Below, in pieces: positions 22,288 to 34,500 of a stretch of DNA of 38,964 nt. A model generated the notes under the pieces. It was not told the DNA's origin. It did no database searches and was given only the letters and a program-made list of their open reading frames with translations. The position numbers and the translations under genes are program-made. The stretch covers positions 53,662-92,625 of the forward strand of contig NW_014040350.1 in NCBI RefSeq assembly GCF_001186125.1. Reading direction: 5' to 3'. This DNA comes from Sphaeroforma arctica JP610 (taxonomy: Eukaryota). Positions within the stretch are counted from its first letter, which is position 1. Every line of letters starts with the position of its first letter.

Positions 22288-22753
22288 TCGTTTTTAACCT
22301 GCTTGCGAGCCGGGGCTCAGAATTTGAAAGTATTTTTTGAAGCAATTTGTTTTGAAACAGTTTTTGAAGCAATATTTTGAGGTCAAATTTTGATCCCAGT
22401 CTCTGGTCAAGTTTCCGGGGCTCAGAATTGGAAACCGGTTTTGAAAAAGTTTTTGAAACAGTTTTTGAAGCAATATTTTGAAGTCAAATTTTGATCCCAG
22501 TCTCTGGTCAAGTTTCCGGGGCTCAGAATTCGAAACAGGTTTTGAAACAGTTTTTGAAGCAATATTTTGAAGTTGAATTTTGATTTTCAGTTCCCGGGGC
22601 TCAGAATTTAAAATTATTTTTTGAAGCAATTTTTTGAACTCAAATTTTGATTCCAGTCTCTGGTCAAGTTTCCGGGGCTCAGAATTTGAAACAGTTTTTG
22701 AAAAAGTTTTTGAAGCAATTTTTTGAAGTCAAATTTTGATCCCAGTCTCTGGT
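22216..22753. repeat. A/T-tract satellite: five direct 78-105 bp units plus one inverted partial unit
   Basis: ccggggctcagaatt anchors at 22310, 22415, 22516, 22594 and 22672; 22216-22277 is the reverse complement of the tttttgaagcaat...gatcccagtctctggtcaagtttccgggg portion. Confidence 0.92.
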
Positions 22754-22756
22754 TTA

Positions 22757-23440
22757 AGTCAAAACAAGGCAGATCCGCGGAGGTATGGATGTGATGGCAC
22801 TTAAATGATTTTCCGCTATAGTCGTGTAATTGTTAATAGTGACACGGCCGTAATATTTCTTGCGTGAATGTCGTAGAAGCATGAGATGGCACTTTGAAGC
22901 AAGCAAACATATCCCAGAGGCAAACCAAATTCGAGCATAGGCCAAGAGGTCACGCCAATGACAAGTTATAGCCATTCGGCCCCAATGCAACATAGCTTCG
23001 TCATCGACGAAAAGCTTGAAAATATCGCGAAGCAAAAGAATGGTCTTATCCATAACGGACTGGAGCATATCTGTCATCATTTTGAGGCCAAAGACTCCTG
23101 CGACCGACTGCCAAACGTCACTTGTAGATGTCATTCAGATAAGATGCTGGCGAGACGCCTTTGGATATTTTAATTGGTTGAAACTACATGCCATGTCCAT
23201 TGTGGACAAAATGTCTATTTGTCTAATGTGATTTATACACTCCTGTTCAGTTGGGAGGGGATATGAATCTACATCAAAATTGTCATTGTCAATTTTGTAG
23301 TTTTGGCAATATCTGATCACATCCACAATTGATTGTGCTTAACACGCGGGTAAACCGCGCTTGTCATCCATGGGGGCTGTAGTAGTCGCCCGGTTCAGAT
23401 GCCACGCGCGTACAATGATCAATGTCGTCTACGTGTTTCC
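22757..23440 (-). mobile_element. Decayed Ty3/Gypsy-type reverse transcriptase fragment
   Basis: ORFs 23135-23326 and 22754-23134 are in frame across one TGA: IRYCQNYK, DSYPLP, MDMACSFNQL, VFGLK, QSVMD, FVDD, SKC, LSAITSIP. Confidence 0.85.
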
Positions 23441-24728
23441 GAAGGATCCGATGATTGGTTCTTCTTTTAGAGCTAAAAGACTGTATTAATGTACAGACCC
23501 ATTTATAAAATAGATACCATCTCATTCACAGTTTTAGAAAGCTTATATACAGGCTTCAATAAGTTGTCGTCCGACTGATTGCTCTGTAGATCAATGTTCG
23601 CAGGTTGATAATTATACCTAACAACAAGAAAAATACCAAGTCTACTATCAAGTCATCCACTGTAGTGAATTTCAAACAATGTAAACTGTGCCCGTGAAAC
23701 ACGTTACCCCGTGGCTATAAAAGTTCGAGTTTGTGCAGAGTGTTGTTTACTTCTGTTTATTCGAGCACAAAAGTTTAAGATATTATTGAAAATAATAAAT
23801 CCGAAGGCGATTATACTTACTACAAAACCCGTTTTATGAATGAGACGTTAGGATGATTAACATCCGATGCGTTGGGTCCGAAATTTCTATCTGCCACTTA
23901 CTTCTTAAGTGACACATCTATCTGTCTGCTCACAATAAGTGGAAATCTTGAATTTTAATTAATCTCTGACTCTGACTTACTTAATAAACATAAGGCGCAT
24001 ACATCGGACCTAATACTAAACGACATAAGTGTAAAATATGAGTCTTGGACTCGTACATATATACACTTACTAACCTAGGTAAGACATGACCGAAACCGGT
24101 TTACTTTGGTTTTTACTTTACAAACTAGATCGTTCTGCTATGTAGAAAATCAGTCTCTGGTCAGTACGATAAAATGAGATAAAGCATTGGGGGTTAACTG
24201 TATTTAAATGGTCTTTTTCCAATATTAATTCAAAGTGTTCTAAAATCACTTTGATGGCTCATATAGCCCGAGTATCTTGTATGACTCATATACTTGGCTC
24301 TATTTGAGACAATAGGAGTCGTAGGAAGTTATATACTATTAAACTGAATAAATTCTAAGCTACTACTTTTGGTTTTGGTCCTCCCGCAACTTTTCAAAAT
24401 CCAATAAGTCTCTTTCTGTTTTTAAAGTTTCCTAGGCGGAACTTACTGAACAGGGTTCACATACCTCTATCTGCCTACAATGAAGCCAAGTGGGCTATGA
24501 ACCCTTAGCACTGCCAATGAGAAAATCTAAAAATCAAACTAGAGATACATTCTGTGTGATCGAGAGTATTTAGGCTCTTACCGAGAGGCAGCCCCGATCA
24601 TTCGTACACAAGCTACCACTGCCAAATCCTAGCTGACTACAATTGTCGTATATTCGTATGAATATAGTAAAATTTAGAATAAATACCTCGTACTATACGG
24701 GGAAGCATGATCTGGAGGGTTTTCTGCT

Positions 24729-27700
24729 TTGAATGAGAACGACAGTCCCCGAAGGATGGAAAAAGGAACTATCGATAAGGAACCAGTTGTTCCTGATGGC
24801 GAGCGAGAGCCGTTTGAAACCCGGCGCGGTCTACAAGAGCAACCGCAAAAGATGTCTGGGAGGCGGCAGCCCTACAGCTCCAGTGAGGTAAAGTCCGCCA
24901 TGAAGCGGCAGGGGCAAGGGCGTCACCCAGCAAAGCGTAGCCTCGACAGTGCCCTTGATGAGGTCCTGATGAGGTTGATTACTGGTGCAGGTGAGGTGCA
25001 AAGACACTAGTCTCACATGATACCTCACCTAGTGAGCAGGGTGTATCTATTTCAAGAGGACAAGCCAGATCTTGAGGAGTGTGATGTGAGGGAAGATTAG
25101 AGATCAAGTTTGATCTGGTTTGCGGCAGCTTGTGCACGGATTAGGTAAGTCGCCGGCTGAACTAGCACATCCGGCTGAAGACCATTGTGGAAGCAAAGAC
25201 CATGGTGGAAGCGAAGACCATGGTGGAAGCGAAGACCATGGTGGAAGCGAAGACCATGGTGGAAGCGAAGACCATGGTGGAAGCGAAGACCATGGTGGAA
25301 GCGCATGCTCAAAACAAGAAAGCCCATCGCTTCACAAAGATTGACAAGATTCATTTTTTACCCGAAGCCGAACGTTGCGCCCGCAAACATCCCCAGCAGC
25401 AAGTACAGAAGGAGAAGACAAATGAGATAGCCGAGTAGCAGATTATTGACGAGCAGCACGGTAGTGATGTATTGTGGCTATCTAAAACGGTCACAACGCG
25501 GAAGGACCGTATGTCGGAGCAGGTTACGTTCCAGCGCATTGCTGGGAAGCTCTGGGTTACGGTGGTCGACTGCGGAAATGGGGTTGCGCAGCCGAAGCTG
25601 AATGAGAGTAGTCGTGACATACTCAACGCCCTGGGGCAGGCACTCGCTGTCATTTGGCCATAGTGAGGCCATGTGGCGTTTCCAGGAGATCCTTAGCCGG
25701 ATTTTTAGTACCTTGGAGATGAGACACATCGATGAAATAGTCGCCGCCTCTGTCGATACAGTGGAGCAGCACTGGAAGTACCTGATGGCGTGCTCTGAGC
25801 GGTGTGAAAATAGGATGTACAGTTTGGCTTGAGACAGGCGCTGATGTCTTACCACAAGGACCCAGGTGAGCTCCTTGGGCGATGGGCTGGCTTTGAATGA
25901 GTCACAATTGTTGCGGATAGGCTGGCTCCGTTGTTGGAGGTAGACTACCAAGACAACCAAGACAGAGTGCGTTCCTGGTATCACACAGCTGTGGCGTTTT
26001 GGAAGAACTATAGCGATGGGTTCACACAGATCGTGGCCTGACCGGTTGGGTATGTACGCAACTTTGGTTCAGCCGGTCCCAAGGAGCCGCTATGTCAGGA
26101 TGCAGATGCATGTGAGCATTTTGATGTTGAGGGAGTTAAGTACGTCCTCCGTGATGAGAAATTGTGGCCGGTGGCATATTTCTCGTCGACATTGTGCCTG
26201 CCCAGCTCAACCAACTTGTTACTGACAAGGATTGGCTGGCGCAGGTGCATGGCATACGCAAGTTGTGACCGATATACAAGCGCTCGCACCATCCGATGAC
26301 GTTGTTTTTGGACCACGAAGCTTTGCTGTCTATGTGGCATCAGGATGAAATTGCCATGGACCCTAAAGATAGGCAGCAAGGACGTTGGCAGGAAGTTTGC
26401 CGGGGCATAGATGTAGCGGATATGTTGAGTCACCTCATGGGATATATTGAGTCGCCGCATGGCAAAGGTAGACCCAATCATGAAGCAAGTTGAGGGTCAG
26501 GGTACAAACCCGAGGCGTCGGGTGACATGTGGCGGTACTCTGTTGCGCACGATGCATGGCGCGTACTAACGAATACAAAGCGGCCAACTTTGTATTTAAA
26601 AAGACAGAGAGGGTGTAGGGGGTCCATACGCATAATGCGCTTGCTCGGCCGGGCAACCAGCAGCTCCTGAAGTATTTTTTTTCCATGAACATATGAGGGG
26701 GAAGGGGGCGTTGACGGTGTTGGATTTCTCGGGTGCTGGCCAAGGTGACCACGGAGCAGCGGAAGACCACTCTTGTGTCCATACATGCAGTAGACGGGGT
26801 GATGAGAGTGATAACGAAGTTGTCAAGGGCGCTGATTGCCATTCCCCCGCAAAAAGGTGCATTTATTCGACATGGTCACGAGGGATTGTGCGCTCCCCCA
26901 CGGGGCCGACTCTTCTGTGTAGTATAAAACAATCGGAATTCTATACCGGACGAGTTCTGGGCAGGTGCGCAGGCGTTCACTCCCCGCCTGGTGATGGGCT
27001 GTACTGGAGCCCCTGCGTGCTGCTCGACTCACACTGCGCACGAGTAGAATTTCTTGTTGGACGAGTCGTTTGAGCATGCCTCGCAAGCGAGGGCAAAGCA
27101 AGCGGGAGAAGGCAGCGACGTGAGAGCTGAAGCAGGAGCGGGAAGCGTTGTTGGCACGCAAGAGCGGCTCCCTCTATACCTTGCGGGGGCATAAATCGAC
27201 ACCTGCCAGATGAGGAAGCAACATGGCCCGCGTCAATACGAGCTCATACAGCAGCCTGTACGAGTGCGAGATCTGTTCCAGCACGCGTTCAGGGACTTTA
27301 CAGACCTTCTACACTCAGACGTCCGAGGGCTATCCTTATCTTTGTTGCTGACGGGCATGATTCTGCTCAAGCTGTTCAAGTACAAGAGAAGAAGGATGGA
27401 CACGCGGTTCCTGTAGCAGGGCGTGCATCCTTGGGGTCAGCTATCGACATGCACGTTTGCCCAGGATAGGGTCTTGGATTACCAGGACATCCGTCAGTTC
27501 ACAGTAAGGTAGATCCGGCTACGGCGAACCACCATCAGGGCACTGGTTCGGCTGAAGCCGCTTTCAAGGTGGCGAAGGATTGGATCTTCAAATCCCTGAT
27601 GGAGGATATGCGGGGGGACTCGGTGTACCTAAGTACAATGTTCTGGCAACGTCCATCCGGCGGCACGCGCGGTACATCATGGCTACGAACCGACGGTATG

Positions 27701-27960
27701 ACGGTGACCATGAATTTGCGCTTGACTATCATGTGCGAGCGCTGTTGCAACAGCCGGACACAGCGGCGGCCAGCAGAATTGATGCTGATGCGAATGTCAA
27801 TGTCATAGTGGCGCAGTATGCGCAGTTAAAAATGGGCAATGCTGCGCGTGTGGATGCCATCAAGCTTACACCAGGGGACAGGGTGTAGTTCAGGGCCAAA
27901 GCTAATCAGGCGCAGTCGTCTCCGTTGTAGCATGGTCCTGCCATGTCGGTTTTCGAGGAC
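24729..27960 (+). mobile_element. Heavily decayed Ty3/Gypsy LTR retrotransposon internal region (RT-RNaseH-integrase)
   Basis: RT: SFGH..FQEILSRIF..HIDE..EQH (~25650-25800). RNaseH: PVAYFS..PAQLN..DKDWLA..LFLDHEAL (~26100-26330). Integrase: TCQMRK..QPV..DF (~27200-27300), TANHHQGTGSAE (~27520-27560), GDRV..HGP (~27870-27945). Many stops and frameshifts; LTRs not found. Confidence 0.8.
25177..25302. repeat. 7 x 18-bp tandem repeat (gaagaccatggtggaagc)
   Basis: Five identical copies plus two with one mismatch each. Confidence 0.97.
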
Positions 27961-28550
27961 AGCCCGGAGCTGTATGAATATATACCTGAGCCTGACATCT
28001 TACACCAATAAATGGAAAGTAGTAAATAGTCTAAAATTTAACACCAACGAGTCAAGTAGAAATACCTGACTTCTCTAGCCCAAAGGTAATTTTATATAGT
28101 ATACATGGCATATATAGGATATCAAAAATCACAATGTAACCTTTTTGTCCTTGAATCAAGGTGGTAATTTACGTTGAACTGCGGCCTTTATGAACGAAAA
28201 CCGCACCGCTTCGAAATCTGCCTGGTCCAACTAGTTGCAAACTCAATGATAGCATTTACACTGGCAAGGATGGTTTGCATATATATAAACAGAGCAGCTT
28301 AAAAGTGATGCTAGGCAAACAACAAATACTTCACAAGTTCGAAGCAGCATCTTCCTGACATTGATGGGACACGGTGCAAGATAAGATTCTTTAAAAGTCT
28401 ATGTAGTTCCGAACTTCCGCCTCAAGTTTCTAGATATTTGTCTACACAGCCGGTGGTTTATGAAATGTGGTGATTCATAAATATATTCGTAGCAGAGCAC
28501 TTTATTAATGGGAGATATAGCTATTCTGTTTAGTATAAAACATTCGAAAT

Positions 28551-31500
28551 TTAAGCCTTATTCGACTTCTCCACCTTTCTACCTTTCTTTTTCTTTAAAG
28601 GCTCCATCATATTTTTCGCTATCAACCTCAGTTTTGATTTTGGCGTGCTATTATCGATAGCATCACACGAGTTGTGCTTGCTTCTGTCGCCGTGTAGCAT
28701 TAAATCAGTGCTTTCTCCCATACCGATTCTTTGCCCCTCACTCATACCTCGCGTAAGTTTCATTCGATTGTCCTTTAGCTGATATCGAGAGGGCTGCAGA
28801 GCCTGTTGCAATAGGTCGCGACTGCCAAAACTGCCTTCACAAGAGCCGTATTGCTTTGATGTCATGCGCTCGTACATAGAGCGTCGGCGATGGGCAGCAC
28901 GATCTTCGAAGTAGGGACGTGCAGCAGCACTTTCCAATTCGAATCTACTTAAAGCTGGGGATCTAGCACTTCCACCGGCTGTAGACGTGCTCGCAAACGA
29001 AGAAGTGACGAGCGGCGATGCCATTGAGACCTTGTAGGGCAAATAGCTAGCGGTTTGCACAGATGGTCTACGCACGGATGCCAAAGCGGAAGCTAGAGGC
29101 GAAGAAGGAGCTCTTTCCAGTAACAGGTGAGGATTAGAATGTGATAGGGATCGAGCCGGGAGGTTCGGGGATGGCCTTGTCGTTTGTTCGGAATATATTG
29201 CAGATTGTGGTAGCGGTTTTGTGGATAGCTGATTGTGCGACAGCTCTGTGTCTTCCGTGAAAGAAGTGTCAGTGTCCAGAAATGATGCACTGCAGTGCAA
29301 AATCGAGGGGGCCGGTTTCTTTTTGTCAATACTAGATCTCCGCTGTCTAGAAGATGATGTCTCACTTTCAGAAGCCTGCGAGGTGTAAGGAACGAAAGAT
29401 AAGTCAAACATGATAGAGCGCATGGTTGATCTAACGACAGGAATACAAAGCATAAAAAAGTGCCTTTCAAATCAACCTACTAAGTGTATCTTGATTATTT
29501 CACAATCCTGCACGGCATTTGCAATAAAATCAAAAACAGCACGTACATCGCAGTGATTGCTATAATACGATATACATACTGTACTAGCATAGTCGTTATC
29601 AGACGTGCAATCTTGGAAGTCCATCATCACATCGGTTTGCTGCGAGTGTGATTTCTTGATCCGAGTTTTGGCGTCCCTTTGTCTGATCTGTCAATTTGTG
29701 ATGTGTAAATGCGCTGTTGAGGGTTTATTTATACAGGCGAAGCAATCAAGAGGCTTTTCATGATAATGCGATGTAATTTCACAGAAAAGTAGACCAAATA
29801 AATAAATTTTAAAATGCACATACCTCTTGCGATTTCTCCATGGAGTAATCTTTGTGATGGACGTGTACGAAGAGTGAAGCAAGATCGTGCGCTTCACCAA
29901 ACGCCGTATTAAGTGGCACACATCGAAAACCTGCAATATGAAATGCGAGAATATGGTACTCGAACATTCTCGAAGTCTTCACGTAAGATGGTATGAAATG
30001 CTCTAATATCAAAAGCATGTTACAATTGAGCGAAATATCATCGGGTTCTTTGGTGAGAACTCACCTGACCTCAATCCACTGACAGGGTACGTGACCTGAC
30101 CTAGTAGTTGTGGTTCGTTGAAAATATCACCGTTCCAAACCGAGAGACGAACGAATGCCAATTCCGGACACTGTAAGCATACAGAAATAAACAGTAGTTG
30201 TTGATTCATTTGTAGCTAAAGAATACATGCTCGACGTGGCGTGCAAAATTGTCCTGTCAATCAGAGGCAAGTCAATGAGCAATATACAAAATGATGATGT
30301 GCTACGTTTTATAGAAACCGAGGATAATGTCACGCACAATTAGCGCGCCAAGAATTACAATATAGCAAGAGAAATACATACGAGTGATACATGTGAGGAT
30401 TTAGAAACGAGGGGAAGACCTTAAGATGACATACCAGGACGTGTATACTGGTTTCCAAATTGAAAACACATGATAAAGGGCCACCCGCTGTGAAGTAAAA
30501 GTGAACAATCATATTAGCAGTTCAACGGGTGGTTTGTGTACTACATGAATTGCATAACGGAAGTGAAAATAATCCCCACAACAGAGTGTGTTGATAGTTA
30601 TGCACGAAACTGTTAATTAAACAATATTTGACGAAAAAGCGCATTATAGTACGTAATTTTAGCAAGACGAACACGGAAATATATATTTATGTAGTAGAAA
30701 CACCTATATTTGCGTATGAGATATGAAATTTATAATGTGAGCGCCATTAAGAATGAGCAAGATTGTAGTTGCGGCGCTTCAAGTTCCTCTACTCAGGAAG
30801 AGAGGTTTAACGACATACATTGTATTGACGACTGTCCTAAGCACACATGGTCTGCTTGTACGCCAGTAAGGTCAACAGACACAAACAAGCCTCCATTTCC
30901 TTTTGTCTTCAACTTCTTGGCTTGTCCCAATTTCGCGGATTTCTTGCTCTTCTTAGCGGTCAGCTTTAGATGTTGCCCCGTTATGATCTGAAATTACAAG
31001 TCACCAGAGGATAGGGCTGATTGAGTACCTTGTTTATTCCATCATGCGCCTAAGCTGAATAGTTGATAATGCTACATCATTCCACACGGTACGTCATTCA
31101 AGGTAGATAACATTGCAGCTGTAAAATCCGTGTCAAAGTTCGTGTCGTAAACTATCGCAATCACTACTATTCCACTGTAATTGCAATACGTACCTTGATT
31201 TGAAGCTTGCGTACACTGCCCGGGAATGTAACAGGGTCTAGCGGATTGAATGTGCTATTTATTGATCTTAGTTGAGGGGGCTTCAGAATGTAACCGCAGC
31301 CGCCATTCGATACGAAAAATCCATTGTTGAGCTGGTATGATAGAGGGGGAAACAGCGACATGGAAGCATATTAGCAATCCATATTCTAGCTTTCAGCATC
31401 CGACGTATTCGAGCGATAGACAGCAAACGTTAAACTGAATATATTGCAGTAACACAGAGAAAAGCGATGGATGGGATAAGCCGAAAGCACAGAACGAATA

Positions 31501-34500
31501 AACATATCACAGTAACACGGATAAAAGCGACACACGGGATGAAACGAAAAGTATAGATCAATTTTAAAAGTAAAATGTACCTGCATATGTTTGTCAGGAT
31601 TCTGGAAGTTAAGGGATACCATCGAACAGCCCACACCCCAAAACCAGGTTGGATCGTAGTTCGATGAATCCACTCTGCGGGCGGCGGGATAAATTCGGCA
31701 GGCTTGCCTTGCATTATACACTACGTAGCTGCAAATAGTAGAGTATCCGAATATGATAAGCAAGCAATCGAAAAGCCTCCAACGTTCTGTACACCCGAAA
31801 ATCACGAGCATCATGCTGAGAAAGGGATGGGGATGGCTAAACACTGGCACTTTTCCTCACACCAGACAATGGCTTGACGTGCTACATCAAAAGAAGCATA
31901 AACACAGCAACCACACAATAAGAGACTTGCGAATACTCAAAGGTCGAAAAATGAGAAGTCAACTATATGAATCGCACACACCTCGTGGGAGACTTCTTTG
32001 CCATGGTCATAGCTCGGGGCTCTGGAAAAGAAGTTAGCTCGTAGCATCGATTGATCGCTGCACTTTTTTCAAAAGTAGTGAATCTGACAGGCACGAAGTA
32101 CCGCACTAGATCACTCAGCATTTGGTCTATACCACACGCAGCCTCTCTGGCAATTCTTTCGTCTCTTTCCTTCAGCTCAGCCGACGTCCTCCTGTCAGCG
32201 ATATTCTTCACAGCGTCACACCACTCAACCAGATCCTGCGTATTACTGCTGCTGACGGTGATTGTTGTTGCAAATTGCGATGCAGACGGTATCGACGCTG
32301 CTCGCGTGTTCCCAGAAAAGGGCTTGCTACTGGTGGTGGTCAGGATACTGCTACTGCTGGAGGCTTTGCGTGTTTCTGACTGCGAGTCGATGCTCGATCG
32401 CTTCTCTGAACGTGTACGGGATTTGTGGCGCTTGTCATCTTGGCTGTAAATCGCAGCATGTATTTCATCCCACTGCTCAGTAAGCGAAGTCATCGAGGCG
32501 TACATGGTCGTTTCGTTAGAGGATAATAGATTACTGCAGCTGCTACTGTATCGCTCAGATCTCTCACCTCGTGAATCCTTGTTGATAACAGTCGCTACCA
32601 GGGGATTTGGTGACAAAACTTCGGTACACACATGAACACCTTCTGTGCTCAAAGTATCGCAACGATTGCTACGTACCCCATGCAAAATTGGTGTACTGGA
32701 GCTTCCGAGATGACCTGCCTGTACGTGTTTGGTGGGAATTTTCGCGAGCTTCAGCGCATCGACTGGACCATGGATCCGCAGCACATTCGGACACGATTCA
32801 CTCTCGTCAAATTTCACATGACATCCTGATAGCGACATGACCCCACGCTCGTTCTTTAGGGCCGCCTGCTGGCCCTTGGACTGACGCACTACAGAGTCGC
32901 TTCTCTTACTATGTTCCGAAATACTGCTTTTCCGACCTGCACCTACTCTAGTACTATTCCTCCTCACTCTTAGTGGCAGCACTGCGCTTGACCCGGTACC
33001 GCTCCTGGTTATGTGCGACGTGGAACGTGCCACAGCAATCTTCTGTGACAGACAATCCTGCGGTAAGGTTCCGCCACCTGAATCAATCGACTCAAGTGAG
33101 ATTGGATCCGCAACCGAGGGCATGGGCATTGACCTTGCCTTGTACGACCGGGAGTTCGGAGGCTGTGATTGAATCCCCAAAGTGATACCAGCAGCAGGTA
33201 CATTCTCAGTCTTCTGTTTCCGCGAGTTCCAAGTGGTTTGTTCAATCATTGACTTATCCTCGGTACAACATACCACTTCTATAGCTGAGTGTACATCGGC
33301 ATCACATGCAATATCAGAGGCCACACAGCACGAGCCTTCTTGCAAGACTCCAGTATCGTCGAAATCACACCCAGAGGTTGCGACAGCACACAGATTAGAC
33401 CCTGAGGCTGATGCAAGGCCTATAGTTTTAGGTGTAGGAGTGCTTGGGGAGGATGTCATAGGTGTCGGTGTTGGCGGGCGAAGGGAATGCTCTCGCTGTG
33501 AGCCTTCCCGAGAAATTTTCTCAGTGTTATGCGGTGATGTTGTGTTCTTAATAGTAGAGGTAGGTTTGGAGACGGGTGCGTGAATCGGGTTTGGCAGTAT
33601 GAGCGGGCTTTGGCGGTTCCAATTCGTTGTCATAGGAATAGCCGGAGCGCTCTCAAGTGTCGTTGGGGTTGAGGCTGGCTTCGGAACACCTACCTCACCT
33701 ACCTTAGATGCAGTGCGCGACGCCGCAACAAATTTATCATCCTCGGGTAGAGTATCCGGCTACGAAGTGGTAAAAAGGTAGATGAGGAGAGTACGTGGTA
33801 TCGACAAGAAAAGTAAAATATAGCGTTCGTAATATTGTGAATAATACTGAAAAACTCAGGAAAACAAATATGAGAAATTCGTTCAGCGGTATAAGAAATA
33901 TAATCATATCCAAGAACACCTACCAGTGCCACGGTGTCTTTCAACACTAATCCAGACACTCCATTCACTGGCAAAGGATTCGTCCTGTAGTACATAATCA
34001 ACTCTCTGATTGTTTTAAAGCCGTCGTAATTTGAGTTACCCACGTTGACTCTTCCCAAACTATCGTCATCTAATACATTTATCCCTGACGAAGTAGTCAC
34101 GTCACTTTGGAATACAACTCCGTTATCCTTGGTGTTCCAATCGTGCGACGCTTTCTCATCGCTTGCGCCCGCAAGGGGCTTATCGTGCGTTGTACTCTGA
34201 ATCTCGACCGCTGTTAAACCGTCTGATTCACTGTCGTCGCAGCGTAGTAGCGGAATACTAATTTCAGCCGCAGTAGGCTCGAAGTTTATAGATGTCGGGG
34301 TTAAATTCATACAGATTGTGCCGGTACTGAAATGCAGGGCGATATGGTGAAATCTTGGGTGGGGGCCACACCCATCGTATACTGATAAGATGATACGTTT
34401 CTTTTGCCTGCAGCCTGCAACGCCACTCATCTCAGCGCCTGCAACAGCTTCCACATCAATATCATCAGGCTGCGTTTCTCTCAGCAACCATACCCCATGT

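Noticed and set aside
9400..22300. Intact Polinton/virophage, Fanzor or DNA transposase
   Set aside because: No pPolB, capsid, packaging ATPase, RuvC or DDE transposase motifs were recognisable.
22294..22753. CRISPR-like array or the 111-aa ORF in the satellite
   Set aside because: The sequence between anchors is itself repeated, there are no unique spacers or cas genes, and the ORF is a repeat translation.
23450..24720. LTRs, PBS or PPT for the Gypsy elements
   Set aside because: No direct repeat matching 27960-28500 and no clear TG..CA ends found by eye.
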